Shown here piece after piece: positions 39,482 through 50,266 of a stretch of 64,000 nucleotides of DNA. The translations under genes and the position numbers were made by a program. The DNA comes from Verrucomicrobiaceae bacterium (lineage in GTDB: Bacteria > Verrucomicrobiota > Verrucomicrobiia > Verrucomicrobiales > Akkermansiaceae): the NCBI GenBank assembly GCA_051252135.1, contig JBPOGH010000011.1:1-64000 (forward strand), written 5' to 3'. Below the pieces are notes generated by a model. That model was not told the DNA's origin. It was given only the letters and a program-made list of their open reading frames with translations, and ran no database searches. Position 1 is the stretch's first letter; each line of letters starts with the position of its first letter.

Positions 39482-40018
39482 TTACTTCACGCTCTTACCG
39501 GCTTTGCGGCGGACGTATTCACCAACATAGCGGACTCCTTTACCTTTATAGGGCTCGGGCGGGTAGTATGACCGCACTTCTGCAGCAAACTGTCCGACGA
39601 GTTGCTTGTCGATACCCTCAACCTTGATCTTGGTGTTGTCTGCGACAGTAACCGTAAGACCTTCGGGAATTGGGTGGAGGATTGGATGTGACTTACCAAG
39701 GCTGAGGTCAATTTGCTTACCCTTGAGGGCTGCACGGAAACCAACACCTTGAATTTCAAGATCCTTAACGAACCCCTCGTTGACACCCTGGATCATGTTA
39801 TTGATCAGGCTGCGGAAGGTTCCATGGAGCGCCCGAACCGAACGGAGCTCGGAAGCACGCTCTACGGTGACCACCCCATCCTCTTGGGAAACGGTGAGAC
39901 CTTCGGGAAGGTCGAGATTGAGTTTTCCCTTCGGGCCATCAACGGAGACGTTGTTGCCAGTCACCTTAAGGGTGACTTTCTCAGGGAGATTGATAACTGC
40001 TTTTCCTACTCGTGACAT
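39482..40018 (-). CDS. rplF: 50S ribosomal protein L6
   Basis: [23 protein letters not shown]. Confidence 0.98.
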   Translation of the reverse strand: MSRVGKAVINLPEKVTLKVTGNNVSVDGPKGKLNLDLPEGLTVSQEDGVVTVERASELRSVRALHGTFRSLINNMIQGVNEGFVKDLEIQGVGFRAALKGKQIDLSLGKSHPILHPIPEGLTVTVADNTKIKVEGIDKQLVGQFAAEVRSYYPPEPYKGKGVRYVGEYVRRKAGKSVK

Positions 40019-40038
40019 TTTCTTATTTCTACGAGGGG

Positions 40039-40437
40039 TTACCAAACGAGTGCGAGGACTTCTCCTCCGATGTTTTCCTTTTTGGCCTTGGACCCGGTCA
40101 TTACTCCACGGGAAGTGGAGATGATCGAGATACCCATGCCATTGAGGACGCGGGGTAGTTCTCCGGAACCGGAGTACTTACGACGCCCACACTTGGAGAC
40201 CCGCTTGAGGTCAGTGAGGGCAGGCACACCATCAACGAACTTCGTGGTCACCTTGATCTCGGGAAATTTCCCGGTCGTGATGACTTCGTAGCTCCAGATG
40301 TAACCTTCTTCTTTGAGAATACGGGCGAGTTCGGCCTTCATCTTCGAATGGGGAGCGAGAAAGGTGTCGTTCCCTGCGCGAGAGGCGTTCTTGAGGCGGA
40401 TTAAAAAATCTGCGATTGGATCAGTGAGAGTTCCCAT
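40039..40437 (-). CDS. rpsH: 30S ribosomal protein S8
   Basis: TDPIAD, LKEEGYI, STSRGVMT, GGEVL. Confidence 0.98.
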   Translation of the reverse strand: MGTLTDPIADFLIRLKNASRAGNDTFLAPHSKMKAELARILKEEGYIWSYEVITTGKFPEIKVTTKFVDGVPALTDLKRVSKCGRRKYSGSGELPRVLNGMGISIISTSRGVMTGSKAKKENIGGEVLALVW

Positions 40438-40465
40438 GGATTCGTTTTTTCTATGGTTCTATGGG

Positions 40466-41035
40466 TTAAGCGGCGTTCTCGTCCTTCACGTTGTCACGGA
40501 AGGGCAAACCGAGTGCCTTGAGGAGTGATTTGGCTTCGGCATCCGTTTTAGCGGAAGTCACGAAGATGAAGTCGAAACCGATCTGACGCTTGATCTGATC
40601 AAGTTCAATTTCGGGGAAGATTGACTGGTCGGAAAAACCAACCGCGTAGTTGCCACTGCCATCAAAAGACTTAAAGGGAAGACCACGGAAGTCACGAATG
40701 TTTGGGCAAGTGATGTGGAAAAAGCGATCTGCGAATTCCCACATCCGAACGGAACGAAGAGTCACCCGTGCACCGACGGTCTCCCCCTCCCGGACCTTGA
40801 AGTTAGCCACACTCTTGCGAGCGTAGACAACGGAAGGTTTCTGTCCGGTGATTTTTGAAATTTCTTCAACAGCATCCTCAACAGCAGCTTTGCGCTCGTT
40901 GACGTAGTGTCCGACGTGTGAGTTCACCACGATCTTTTCCAGACGGGGAACTTCATTGATATTCTTGTAGCCATGCTCCTTTTGCAGAGCGGGCACAATC
41001 TGCTCTTCGTAGAGCTTTTGTAGTGTTGGTTTCAT
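40466..41035 (-). CDS. rplE: 50S ribosomal protein L5
   Basis: PRLEKIVVN, ITGQKP, RDFRG, IFPEI. Confidence 0.98.
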   Translation of the reverse strand: MKPTLQKLYEEQIVPALQKEHGYKNINEVPRLEKIVVNSHVGHYVNERKAAVEDAVEEISKITGQKPSVVYARKSVANFKVREGETVGARVTLRSVRMWEFADRFFHITCPNIRDFRGLPFKSFDGSGNYAVGFSDQSIFPEIELDQIKRQIGFDFIFVTSAKTDAEAKSLLKALGLPFRDNVKDENAA

Positions 41036-41093
41036 TTGTTTGGCGGGTCAGCGGGTTTTGCTTAAGCGCGCAGCATTACCTGTCAGGGCAACG

Positions 41094-41321
41094 CTAGACT
41101 TTTTTGACGTTGGAAATATGAATTGGACCGTCCTGCTCCTCGATTCCCCCATCAGGGTTCAGTTCGGTGCGACGAATGGCTTTCTTGATCTTGCGGACAC
41201 CTTCGACGATGACCTGGCCTTTTTCGGCGTTGATGGAAAGAACAGTTCCCTGTTTTCCCTTGTGATTGCCGGAGATGACAGTGACCTCGTCACCAGGCTT
41301 AACGTGAGTTTTGATTTTCAT
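41094..41321 (-). CDS. rplX: 50S ribosomal protein L24 (short form)
   Basis: [12 protein letters not shown] motif, PIHISNV. Confidence 0.95.
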   Translation of the reverse strand: MKIKTHVKPGDEVTVISGNHKGKQGTVLSINAEKGQVIVEGVRKIKKAIRRTELNPDGGIEEQDGPIHISNVKKV

Positions 41322-41348
41322 GTCTGAAAAGGAGGTGTGTGTTTGCAA

Positions 41349-41714
41349 TTAAAGTACCTCGGGAGCAAGGGAAACGATCTTCATGAAGTTCTTTTCACGA
41401 AGTTCACGGGCTACTGGTCCGAAAATACGGGTTCCCTTTGGATTGTTGTCCTTGTCGATAATGACAATGGCATTCTCATCGAAACGCAAAACCGATCCGT
41501 CGGCACGACGAACAGGATACTTGGTCCGAACAATAACAGCCTTTACCACAGCGCCCTTCTTGATCGAAGCCGTTGGAATGGCCTCGCGGACGTGAGCAGT
41601 GATGATGTCACCAATAGAGGCGGACTTGGAGCGCGTTCCGAGCACCCCGATCATCTTGGCTTGGCGAGCACCGGTATTATCGGCAATCGCGACTTTGGAT
41701 TCCATTTGGATCAT
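41349..41714 (-). CDS. rplN: 50S ribosomal protein L14
   Basis: [25 protein letters not shown]. Confidence 0.98.
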   Translation of the reverse strand: MIQMESKVAIADNTGARQAKMIGVLGTRSKSASIGDIITAHVREAIPTASIKKGAVVKAVIVRTKYPVRRADGSVLRFDENAIVIIDKDNNPKGTRIFGPVARELREKNFMKIVSLAPEVL

Positions 41715-41765
41715 GGCAAATAAATATCGTTAAATGGTTTGATTCGGCTGTCCGGGACAGTCGGA

Positions 41766-42074
41766 TTAGTGGCTGAGGACCTCAACGAGTTCCCAGCGCT
41801 TGAGTTTTGAAAGTGGACGGGTCTCGCTAATGCGCACTTTGTCCCCTACTGCGGCCTCGCCTTTTTCGTCGTGAGCGTAGAATTTCTTCGAACGCTTGAC
41901 GATCTTCTTGAACTGCGGGTGTGGAACACGGGCGACATACTCGACAACGATGGTCTTGTCCATACTAGTGGACTTCACCACGCCAACGCGCACCTTTTTG
42001 TTCTTATTTTCACCTGCCTCGGAGGGCACAAACTCCTTCTTGGAGGCTGCTTTGGATTCGGACTGTTCAGACAT
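41766..42074 (-). CDS. rpsQ: 30S ribosomal protein S17
   Basis: MDKTIVV, AHDE, ETRPLSK. Confidence 0.97.
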   Translation of the reverse strand: MSEQSESKAASKKEFVPSEAGENKNKKVRVGVVKSTSMDKTIVVEYVARVPHPQFKKIVKRSKKFYAHDEKGEAAVGDKVRISETRPLSKLKRWELVEVLSH

Positions 42075-42109
42075 GGTCTCGTAAAAATTGTATCTAATGT
42101 TAATGGGGC

Positions 42110-42313
42110 CTAGGAGGCGGACTTGCGCTGACCGAGGAGCGTCATGACGCGAGCGATCTCACGGCGGACGAGGCGACGGCGCGCGGTGTTCTCAAGCTGA
42201 CCGGTGGCCTGCTGAAGACGAAGATTGAGGGCCTCCTGCTTGAGGTCGCGCAGGCGGGTCTGAAGTTCTTCGGAGCTAAGCTCGCGAAGTTCGGTGATTT
42301 TTGACTGGGGCAT
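42110..42313 (-). CDS. rpmC: 50S ribosomal protein L29
   Basis: [18 protein letters not shown]; operon position. Confidence 0.96.
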   Translation of the reverse strand: MPQSKITELRELSSEELQTRLRDLKQEALNLRLQQATGQLENTARRRLVRREIARVMTLLGQRKSAS

Positions 42314-42350
42314 GACGAAATAGGTTCCGTGTTAAAATGGTTGGAAAGAA

Positions 42351-42767
42351 TCAGTGTTGGCTACGGCAGACAAAACGGGTTTCAAAACCAAGCTTGTAAG
42401 ATGCGAGGCGCATTGCTTCGCGTGCTTGGGATTCAGGAACGCCGGCAACTTCAAAAAGCATCACTCCCGGACGGATCACGGCAACCCATGCGTCCACAGA
42501 GCCCTTACCTTTACCCATCCGGGTTTCAGGTGGGCGACGGGTAATTGACTTGTGAGGAAAGACACGAATCCAGACCTTACCCTTACGTTTAAGGAAACGG
42601 TTAATTGAAATACGGCAGGCTTCAATCTGGCGGTTTGTCATCCATCCGCGGCCGAGGGCCTGCAGACCGAAGTCACCGAAGCTAACATCCGTGCCACGCT
42701 GGGCATTACCTCCCCGGTTACCGCGGTGCGATTTCCGGAACTTGGTTCTTTTGGGCATCAAAGGCAT
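42351..42767 (-). CDS. rplP: 50S ribosomal protein L16
   Basis: QIEACR, WIRVFP, RMGKGKG. Confidence 0.98.
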   Translation of the reverse strand: MPLMPKRTKFRKSHRGNRGGNAQRGTDVSFGDFGLQALGRGWMTNRQIEACRISINRFLKRKGKVWIRVFPHKSITRRPPETRMGKGKGSVDAWVAVIRPGVMLFEVAGVPESQAREAMRLASYKLGFETRFVCRSQH

Positions 42768-42808
42768 AATTCTATCCTCCTATTGTAAATGTTGAATGTT
42801 CGTGTGAG

Positions 42809-43609
42809 TTAGGAAGCCGGATTGGCACCCTTGTTCTCAGCGGGTTTGTCAGAGTTATTGTTGTCGCGGCGATCTCCCCCACGATTGTTGCCACCTCCAC
42901 CTCCGCGGCGATCACCACCAGGACCACCACCACCTGGGCGACGACGCGGGCGATCAGTGCCTGGAGGGCGGGACCCCTTATCGGCGTCTGAATCCTTATT
43001 GATCCAGCATTTCACTCCGATGATTCCATAGACTGTCTTTGCCTCTGCAAATCCATAATCAATTGGAACACGTAGCGTCTGAAGAGGCACTTTTCCCTCG
43101 CGATACCATTCGGCACGGGCAATATCAGCACCACCAAGACGACCACCGCAACGAATCCGGATTCCGTTGGCTCCAAAGTCCATTGCAGTCTGAACGGCAC
43201 GCTTCATCGCACGGCGGAAAGCGATCCGCCGCTCAAGCTGCACTGCCACGTTTTCACAAACGTGTTGTGCATCGAGCTCAGGCTTGCGAATCTCGACAAT
43301 ATCGATTTTAACTTGGGCACCCTTACAGATATTCCCAATGTCGGTAGTCATCTTCTCAATCTCGGACCCCTTACGGCCGATCACGAGACCAGGACGGGAG
43401 GTGTGGAGAGTCACCCGGACGCTGTTCCAGGCCCGCTCGATTGTCACCCGGGAAAGGGCAACGCCCTGAAGACGGCTGGAGGCATACTTACGGATCCGGA
43501 GATCTTCGTGAAGCTTGTTGGTGTAGTCTTTGCCTTCGGCATACCACTTTGAGCGCCAGTCCTTACTGACCGCGAGTCGGAATCCAATCGGATTTACTTT
43601 CTGTCCCAT
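42809..43609 (-). CDS. rpsC: 30S ribosomal protein S3 with G/R-rich C-terminal tail
   Basis: [28 protein letters not shown]. Confidence 0.98.
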   Translation of the reverse strand: MGQKVNPIGFRLAVSKDWRSKWYAEGKDYTNKLHEDLRIRKYASSRLQGVALSRVTIERAWNSVRVTLHTSRPGLVIGRKGSEIEKMTTDIGNICKGAQVKIDIVEIRKPELDAQHVCENVAVQLERRIAFRRAMKRAVQTAMDFGANGIRIRCGGRLGGADIARAEWYREGKVPLQTLRVPIDYGFAEAKTVYGIIGVKCWINKDSDADKGSRPPGTDRPRRRPGGGGPGGDRRGGGGGNNRGGDRRDNNNSDKPAENKGANPAS

Positions 43610-43631
43610 GATTCTTTAGGTGGAAAATTGA

Positions 43632-44147
43632 TTATTCTTTGTCAGCGCCGCTTTCTTCAGCAGCAGGTTCTTCAGCAGCTTCGGCAGCCACCACTTCTTC
43701 TTCTTCGGCAGGTGCTTCTTCCTTGGCTGCAGCAGCTTTCTTTCCAGTGAAAAGAGACTTGATGGTGTCGCGCTTCTTCGCTTTCCCGGAGGTCTTCTTC
43801 TCCTCTGGAGCTTCAAACTCATCAGTAAGAGTAACAAAAATATGACTGCTACGTTTGCGGATCGCTCCTGCGGAACCACGGGCACGCGGCTTAAAACGCT
43901 TAAGGGTAGGACCATCACCGATCGTTGCTTCCTTGACGATCAACTCGTCAGCGGACAGCTCGTGATTGTTCTCAGCATTGGCAATGGCACTCTTAAGAGT
44001 CTTACCAATGAGGTGAGCTGCCTTCTTGGGGGTGTAGGTCAGGGCATCGAGAGCATCGGAGACGGTAAGTCCCTGAATTTCACGAGCGACGTCGCGGGCT
44101 TTTTTCGGAGAGATCCGAGCGTATTTTGTAGTCGAACGAACTTGCAT
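43632..44147 (-). CDS. rplV: 50S ribosomal protein L22 with K/A/E-rich C-terminal tail
   Basis: RISPKKAR, SAIANAENN, PRARG. Confidence 0.97.
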   Translation of the reverse strand: MQVRSTTKYARISPKKARDVAREIQGLTVSDALDALTYTPKKAAHLIGKTLKSAIANAENNHELSADELIVKEATIGDGPTLKRFKPRARGSAGAIRKRSSHIFVTLTDEFEAPEEKKTSGKAKKRDTIKSLFTGKKAAAAKEEAPAEEEEVVAAEAAEEPAAEESGADKE

Positions 44148-44881
44148 CAGTTTGTCGGTTCAGATTGGTCGAGAATTATTAGAGCGGAGTCCTTTGGGAC
44201 CACCGGATTTTCTGGGTTTATCAGAGATTGAATAAGCAAGCCGCTGACATCGTCCCGGCTTACGGCGACGATCGCGTCACCAAGATGAGTGCCGGACCGC
44301 TCAAGGCGGAAACGCATACCTGGGCGAACTTCGGCGTTCTCACCCGCGTTGATTATCAGCAAGCCGGATTCGGAATCCACACTTACGACTGTTGCTTCAG
44401 AGGCACTCCCCTGCTCAACCTGACGTTTGGGCTGTTTCCGGTATCCAAGGTCTACCTGAATTTGACGAAGTTTGGCTTCGACGTCTGATCTGGCTTCTGC
44501 ATCGGACGCAACGACCGTGCGGAGATAACTCCGCATGGAGTCAACCAGGTCGATCGTCGAAACTTCAAGTGACGAAAGCTGCTCCCGAACGATCTGATAA
44601 TCAGATACAGCCGCAAGATGCTTATCATCTCCCCCCTCGAAAAAACCTTTCCCGAAGAGTGCCAGATTCTGTCTGATCTTCTTAAGAGCCTCGGTCTTGG
44701 CCTGCTCGCGATCTAGCGCGGAAGCGTAGCCCTTGTTTAAAGTCTCCACTTGAAGCCGGAGCAACCGGTTTTCGCGCTCGAGCCTCGCAACTTGCTCATC
44801 CTTAGCTTCCTGGGCACCCAGAGACCCACCGAGGAGACTAGCTCCGGTCGCGATGAGTATACTGGATGAAAGGAATGACAT
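44147..44881 (-). CDS. Hypothetical exported coiled-coil protein inserted between rpsS and rplV
   Basis: Signal peptide (LGA-QE), heptad-rich middle, beta-rich C-terminal domain; TGATG stop/start overlap with rplV. Confidence 0.8.
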   Translation of the reverse strand: MSFLSSSILIATGASLLGGSLGAQEAKDEQVARLERENRLLRLQVETLNKGYASALDREQAKTEALKKIRQNLALFGKGFFEGGDDKHLAAVSDYQIVREQLSSLEVSTIDLVDSMRSYLRTVVASDAEARSDVEAKLRQIQVDLGYRKQPKRQVEQGSASEATVVSVDSESGLLIINAGENAEVRPGMRFRLERSGTHLGDAIVAVSRDDVSGLLIQSLINPENPVVPKDSALIILDQSEPTN

Positions 44882-44928
44882 GGATGTGGAGAAGCGAGTG
44901 GTTCAGTTCAGCGAAAGATTCAAGTAAA

Positions 44929-45198
44929 TTACTTCTTACCGATGCCTCCGTGGGTCTTAAAGATCCGTGTAGGAGAAAATTCCCCCAGCTTGTGGCCAAC
45001 CATATTCTCGGTCACGTAGACCGGAACGAAGGTTTTGCCGTTGTGCACAGCGAAGTTGTGTCCAACAAAGTCTGGGGTGATCATGGAGCGACGGCTCCAG
45101 GTCTTGATGGGCTTCTTGTTGCCGGATTCGACAGCAGCATCGATCTTTGTCAGAAGCTTCTGATCGACAAACGGGCCTTTTTTAAGTGAGCGTGCCAT
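44929..45198 (-). CDS. rpsS: 30S ribosomal protein S19
   Basis: [21 protein letters not shown]. Confidence 0.98.
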   Translation of the reverse strand: MARSLKKGPFVDQKLLTKIDAAVESGNKKPIKTWSRRSMITPDFVGHNFAVHNGKTFVPVYVTENMVGHKLGEFSPTRIFKTHGGIGKK

Positions 45199-45236
45199 AA
45201 TTGGTAATGGTCAATGGTAAATAAATGATTCTAAAA

Positions 45237-46076
45237 CTAGCGCTTCTTTTTGCGACGTTCGACGATGAAGGAATCTGTGGGATTGTGCTTCTTGCGTGTC
45301 TTTTGTCCCTTGGTATGACCCCAAGGTGACTTGAGATGCTGACGTCCACCACCGGATTTGGACTTACCCTCACCACCACCGTTGGGGTGATCGACTGGGT
45401 TCATACACATTCCGCGGACAGTTGGGCGAATCCCCTTCCAACGTGAACGTCCAGCCTTGCCGGATACTTCGTTCATATGGTCACGGTTACCAACAGTCCC
45501 GATGGTAGCATAGCAGTTCTCGTGGAATTTGCGCAATTCGCCGGAGGGCATCTTGATGAAAGCGTAGCCCTGATCACGAGAGGCCAAAATGGCTTGCTGG
45601 CCGGCTGCACGGGCAACCTTGCCACCGCTGCCGGGACGAAGTTCAATATTATGGATGGCTGTGCCGACGGGAACGTTCTTGAGAGGCATTGCATTGCCGG
45701 GCTTGGGCTCTGCGTTCTCACCGGCTGTCACCTTATCCCCCACCGTAAGTCCGGCAGGCGCCAGGATGTAGGCTTTGACACCATCTGTATATTGAACAAG
45801 AGCAATACGGCAGGTTCGGTTTGGATCGTATTCGATGGTCTGGACCTCGGCGACGATATCGAGCTTACGACGTTTGAAGTCGACGAGGCGATATTTACGC
45901 TTATGTCCGCCACCAATGTGACGACAAGTGATGCGACCCTGGTTGTTGCGTCCACCACTCTTCTTCAGAGGTTCGGTGAGGCTCTTCTCAGGCTTGTTTG
46001 TGGTAATCTCCTCGTACGTAGGCCACATTTTGTAGCGGTTCGCGGGAGTTACAGGCTTAAAACTTTTCAGTGGCAT
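45237..46076 (-). CDS. rplB: 50S ribosomal protein L2
   Basis: [30 protein letters not shown]. Confidence 0.98.
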   Translation of the reverse strand: MPLKSFKPVTPANRYKMWPTYEEITTNKPEKSLTEPLKKSGGRNNQGRITCRHIGGGHKRKYRLVDFKRRKLDIVAEVQTIEYDPNRTCRIALVQYTDGVKAYILAPAGLTVGDKVTAGENAEPKPGNAMPLKNVPVGTAIHNIELRPGSGGKVARAAGQQAILASRDQGYAFIKMPSGELRKFHENCYATIGTVGNRDHMNEVSGKAGRSRWKGIRPTVRGMCMNPVDHPNGGGEGKSKSGGGRQHLKSPWGHTKGQKTRKKHNPTDSFIVERRKKKR

Positions 46077-46123
46077 TGGAATGATCCTTTCTGACTGATG
46101 TTTTCGTTAGAAAATCGGTTGGG

Positions 46124-46408
46124 TTAAATGAGATCGAGGGAATCTCCGTCCTTCAGGCGAACAATTGCCTTCTTCCAGCGAGCAGTGCGACCGGCATCAG
46201 CGCGGCGACGGCGTTTCGCCTTCCCATCGTAATTACAGGTGCGAACAGCTTCCACTTTGACTCCGAAGAGGGTTTCAACTGCGTGTTTGATCTCTTGCTT
46301 GTTAGCGCGGCGATCAACCTTGAAGGTGTATGAATTTTCGTTCTCCTGAAGAAGGGTGGCCTTCTCAGACATGCGAACGGTATCGATGACTTGGTAAATA
46401 TCTCTCAT
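46124..46408 (-). CDS. rplW: 50S ribosomal protein L23
   Basis: SEKA, ANKQEIK, WKKAIV. Confidence 0.97.
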   Translation of the reverse strand: MRDIYQVIDTVRMSEKATLLQENENSYTFKVDRRANKQEIKHAVETLFGVKVEAVRTCNYDGKAKRRRRADAGRTARWKKAIVRLKDGDSLDLI

Positions 46409-46435
46409 GGCGAGCGTCTATCGGTTCGAGGTTAA

Positions 46436-47041
46436 TTAAGCGGTGCGCTTAGCGAGGGTTTCAAGCGAATCATCCACCAGGATGATTGCGTTAGAGTGGA
46501 GAATCTGTTCAACGTTTACATTGTCAGCTGTCTCAAGCTGGACAGTTTTCACGTTGCGTCCGGAAAGATAGGTCTTCTCGGTGAATGATGCACCGATAAC
46601 CAGCACCTTCTTGGACTGCGTAAGTGCTGCTACAGCTGCCACGAAATCGCTGGTCTTGCCACTGGCGACCTCGAAGGAGGATGCAGACACAACCGCTTCT
46701 TCGTTGATCTTATCACCGAGGACACGGCGAAGAGCGAGAGCGCGAACCTTCTTGGTAACGGTTTTCGCATAGGACCGGTTACGGGGGCCGAAGGCCACTC
46801 CACCACCGACAAAAATCGGAGCTTTGCGGTCACCATGACGGGCGTTACCAGTTCCCTTTTGACGATACATCTTCTTGCCGGTTCCGCTGACTTCTCCGCG
46901 GGTTTTGGCCTGAGCTGTTCCGGAACGACGGTTCGCCTGGTAGGCCACGACGAGATCGTGGACTGCCTGACTTCCCTTGGAAGCGTCAGCGATGACTTGG
47001 ATTTTCGCCTTTTCGGCGTCTTTGAGTGTGAATGCAGACAT
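46436..47041 (-). CDS. rplD: 50S ribosomal protein L4
   Basis: KTRGEVSG, QKGTGNARHG, GGGVAFGP. Confidence 0.97.
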   Translation of the reverse strand: MSAFTLKDAEKAKIQVIADASKGSQAVHDLVVAYQANRRSGTAQAKTRGEVSGTGKKMYRQKGTGNARHGDRKAPIFVGGGVAFGPRNRSYAKTVTKKVRALALRRVLGDKINEEAVVSASSFEVASGKTSDFVAAVAALTQSKKVLVIGASFTEKTYLSGRNVKTVQLETADNVNVEQILHSNAIILVDDSLETLAKRTA

Positions 47042-47068
47042 TGTCTTCTACCTTTCTAACAGTCGGGA

Positions 47069-47719
47069 TTACTTGCCGGTCTTTTTGAACGCAGGACGCA
47101 CGGTGACATATGCACCCTTGTGACCCGGAACTGCACCGGAGATGAGGAGGACTCCGTCCTCGGCGCGAACCTGGACGACTTTGAGATTCTGGACGGTGCG
47201 GTTGTAGACACCATGACGTCCCGGCATTTTTTGATTTTTCCAAACACGTGCTGGAGTCGATCCGGCACCGATGGCTCCGGTTCGACGGTGCATCATGTGA
47301 CCGTGACCATCAGGCTGGCCGTTGAAGTTGTAGCGCTTCACCACACCCTGGAAACCCTTACCTTTGGTTACACCCAGGACATCAACCCACTGCCCATCTT
47401 CAAAGAGAGACGCACCGGGGTGCCCCTCCTCCTTGTTTGGAAGCTGGTCGTCACTTTCGAATCGAAACTCTTTAACAAGCTTCTTTGCGCCGGTTGCACC
47501 TTGTTTGGCTTGATGGGAGCGTTCTGGAAGATTGAGGCGACGCTCTTTCTGGTCATCAAATGCGACCTGAATAGCAGTATAGCCATCCTTCTCATTGGTT
47601 TTCACCTGGAGAAATTCATTACCGTTCACGTCAATGACAGTGACGGGGATCATGCAGCCTGCCTCAGCGTCAAAGACGCGAGTCATACCGATTTTTTTAC
47701 CGAGGATTCCGAGAGACAT
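47069..47719 (-). CDS. rplC: 50S ribosomal protein L3
   Basis: GKKIGMT, KGKGFQGVVKR, GAVPG. Confidence 0.98.
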   Translation of the reverse strand: MSLGILGKKIGMTRVFDAEAGCMIPVTVIDVNGNEFLQVKTNEKDGYTAIQVAFDDQKERRLNLPERSHQAKQGATGAKKLVKEFRFESDDQLPNKEEGHPGASLFEDGQWVDVLGVTKGKGFQGVVKRYNFNGQPDGHGHMMHRRTGAIGAGSTPARVWKNQKMPGRHGVYNRTVQNLKVVQVRAEDGVLLISGAVPGHKGAYVTVRPAFKKTGK

Positions 47720-47739
47720 AGTTCTAGTTCGGTTAGAGA

Positions 47740-48045
47740 TTAAATATGGATTTGGATATCAACACCCGCTGGAAGATTGAGCTTTTTCAGCTCATCGACG
47801 GTGCGGGCGGTGGGATCAAGGATATCAAGAAGACGCTTGTGAGTGCGGACCTCAAACTGCTCGGCAGATTTTTTGTTTTGGTTTACCGAGCGGTTAACTG
47901 AAAACTTTTCAATCCGGGTTGGCAGAGGCACAGGACCGGCGATTTTAGCACCGGTGCGCTTGGCTGTCTCGACGATCTCAACAGTCGAACGGTCGATTGC
48001 TCGGTGGTCAAATGCGCGAAGGCGGATACGGATTTTCTGATTCAT
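47740..48045 (-). CDS. rpsJ: 30S ribosomal protein S10
   Basis: [22 protein letters not shown]. Confidence 0.98.
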   Translation of the reverse strand: MNQKIRIRLRAFDHRAIDRSTVEIVETAKRTGAKIAGPVPLPTRIEKFSVNRSVNQNKKSAEQFEVRTHKRLLDILDPTARTVDELKKLNLPAGVDIQIHI

Positions 48046-48075
48046 GGTGTGAAAATAGATTGAATTGGAGAATTT

Positions 48076-50232
48076 TTAGAAGCCGCCGCGCTCTGCGACG
48101 AGTTTATCAACGACGTTTTGGGGGACTTCGTCAAAACGAGCTGGCTCCATGGAATAGGAAGCTCTCCCTGACGAAAGAGTGCGCACATCCGTGGAATATC
48201 CGAACATTTCGGATAGTGGCACAGTGGCGGAAACATTTGCTATTGGGCCTTTGGTTTCAATTTCTTGAATCTGACCGCGACGGCGATTGAGGTCGCCCAT
48301 AATATCGCCCTGGAACTCGTCTGGCGTGGCGATTTCCACATCCATAATTGGCTCCAGAAGGATTGGAGATGCCTTTTGAAAAGCATCCTTCATTGCAAAA
48401 ATTGCGGCGACCTTGAAAGCGTTGTCACTGGAATCAACTTCATGAAATGAGCCATCCTGAACATTTACGTGAACGTCGACAACAGGGAACCCGGCCACAA
48501 GACCATTCATCATGGCCTCCTCTACTCCATTCATCACGGCAGGGATGTATTCCTTGGGGATTGCTCCAGCCGTGATCGAATTCTCAATCGTCAACCCCTT
48601 GCCCTGCTCGTTGGGAGCCATGGTCAAAATCACGTGCCCATACATGGCCTTTCCACCAGTGGCGGCGTCCCGAATAAACTTACCTTCCCCGGTGGCTTTC
48701 TTGGTTATTGTCTCGCGGTAGGCGATCTGAGGCTTACCAACGTTGGCTTGGACTCCAAACTCACGCTTAAGGCGATCAATGATGACCTCAAGATGAAGTT
48801 CTCCCATGCCAGCAATAATCGTTTGACCGGTTTCCTCATCTGTTCGGACCACGAAAGTCGGGTCCTCATCAGAAAGACGATCCAACCCGATGGCCATTTT
48901 ATCTGAATCAGCCTTGGTCCGTGGCTCCACGGCCATCGAAATGACTGGCTCGGGAAATACGGGCGGCTCAAGCAGGATTCCAGCTTGTTGATGGGAAAGG
49001 GTGTCGCCGGTTTGAACGTTCTTGAGGCCCACCAGAGCGGCGATATCGCCGGCGAAACATGTTTCAATCTCCTCGTGCTTGTCGGCCTGAACCTGAATCA
49101 GTCGCCCGACACGCTCCTTCTGACCGGTGCGAGGGTTATACACCATATCCCCGCGGGAAACCGTGCCGGAGTAAACGCGGAAAAAGACGAGCTTCCCAAA
49201 ATACTTGTCTGCCCAAAGCTTGAAAGCGAGCGCACAGAACTTTTCCGAATCGGATGTCTTCACCTCTACCGTTTTCTCCTCATCCTTCGGATCGAGACCA
49301 ACCGCGGCAGGAATTTCCAAAGGAGACGGCAAATAATCAATCACCGCATCAAGCAAGAATTGGACACCCTTATTCTTGAAAGCAGAACCTCCTGCAACCG
49401 GAACAAGAGCATTGGATATCGTAGCGCGACGCAGACCAGCTTTAAGATCCTCGACCGTAAGGTCCTCCTCCATGAGATACTTCTCACCCACTGCTTCATC
49501 GACATCAGCGACAGCCTCTACCAAATCCGCATATGCCTCGTCAGCGAGAGCCATCTGATCGGAATCAAGTTCAGCCAAGGTGTAGGTGGAGCCGAGGATA
49601 TCGTCGTCCGTATAAAGAACAGCTTTCTTGTTCAGAACATCAATTTGCCCCCGAAGAGTATCCTCGCAGCCAATTGGAATGAGTATCCGAACCGGGCGTG
49701 CTCCCAGCTTTGATTGCAGCTCGCTGACTACATTTTCAAAATCAGCACCAACTCGGTCCATCTTGTTGACGAACACGATTCGTGGAACCTTATATTTGGA
49801 TGCTTGGCGCCAAACAGTTTCGGTCTGGGGCTGAACTCCCGCGACCCCGCAGAAAACAACAATCGCTCCGTCCAACACGCGGAGCGACCTTTCGACTTCA
49901 GCGGTAAAATCGACATGGCCCGGAGTATCAATGATGTTAATCCGCTGGGTGTCGCCAGTGAAGAGCTTGGTCACCCCGTCTTCGGGAACCTGACGCCAAT
50001 CGCAGGTAACAGCAGCGGATGTAATTGTAATCCCCCGCTCGCGTTCCTGCTCCATGTGGTCAGTGGTGGTGGCACCATCGTGCACCTCACCAATCCGGTG
50101 GATCGTTCCAGTATAAAAGAGAATACGCTCGGTGAGCGTGGTCTTCCCCGCATCAATGTGCGCAGCAATCCCAATGTTCCGTGTCCGCTGAAGCGGAACG
50201 GGACGGGTGGGAATGGAAGCGACTTTTGACAT
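48076..50232 (-). CDS. fusA: Elongation factor G (divergent domain IV loop)
   Basis: AHIDAGKTT, ERGITI, DTPGHVDF, GMGELHL, LLEPIM; str operon position. Confidence 0.96.
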   Translation of the reverse strand: MSKVASIPTRPVPLQRTRNIGIAAHIDAGKTTLTERILFYTGTIHRIGEVHDGATTTDHMEQERERGITITSAAVTCDWRQVPEDGVTKLFTGDTQRINIIDTPGHVDFTAEVERSLRVLDGAIVVFCGVAGVQPQTETVWRQASKYKVPRIVFVNKMDRVGADFENVVSELQSKLGARPVRILIPIGCEDTLRGQIDVLNKKAVLYTDDDILGSTYTLAELDSDQMALADEAYADLVEAVADVDEAVGEKYLMEEDLTVEDLKAGLRRATISNALVPVAGGSAFKNKGVQFLLDAVIDYLPSPLEIPAAVGLDPKDEEKTVEVKTSDSEKFCALAFKLWADKYFGKLVFFRVYSGTVSRGDMVYNPRTGQKERVGRLIQVQADKHEEIETCFAGDIAALVGLKNVQTGDTLSHQQAGILLEPPVFPEPVISMAVEPRTKADSDKMAIGLDRLSDEDPTFVVRTDEETGQTIIAGMGELHLEVIIDRLKREFGVQANVGKPQIAYRETITKKATGEGKFIRDAATGGKAMYGHVILTMAPNEQGKGLTIENSITAGAIPKEYIPAVMNGVEEAMMNGLVAGFPVVDVHVNVQDGSFHEVDSSDNAFKVAAIFAMKDAFQKASPILLEPIMDVEIATPDEFQGDIMGDLNRRRGQIQEIETKGPIANVSATVPLSEMFGYSTDVRTLSSGRASYSMEPARFDEVPQNVVDKLVAERGGF

Positions 50233-50266
50233 GGATTTGGAGACCTAGTGATTTATAAGAAGGAAA

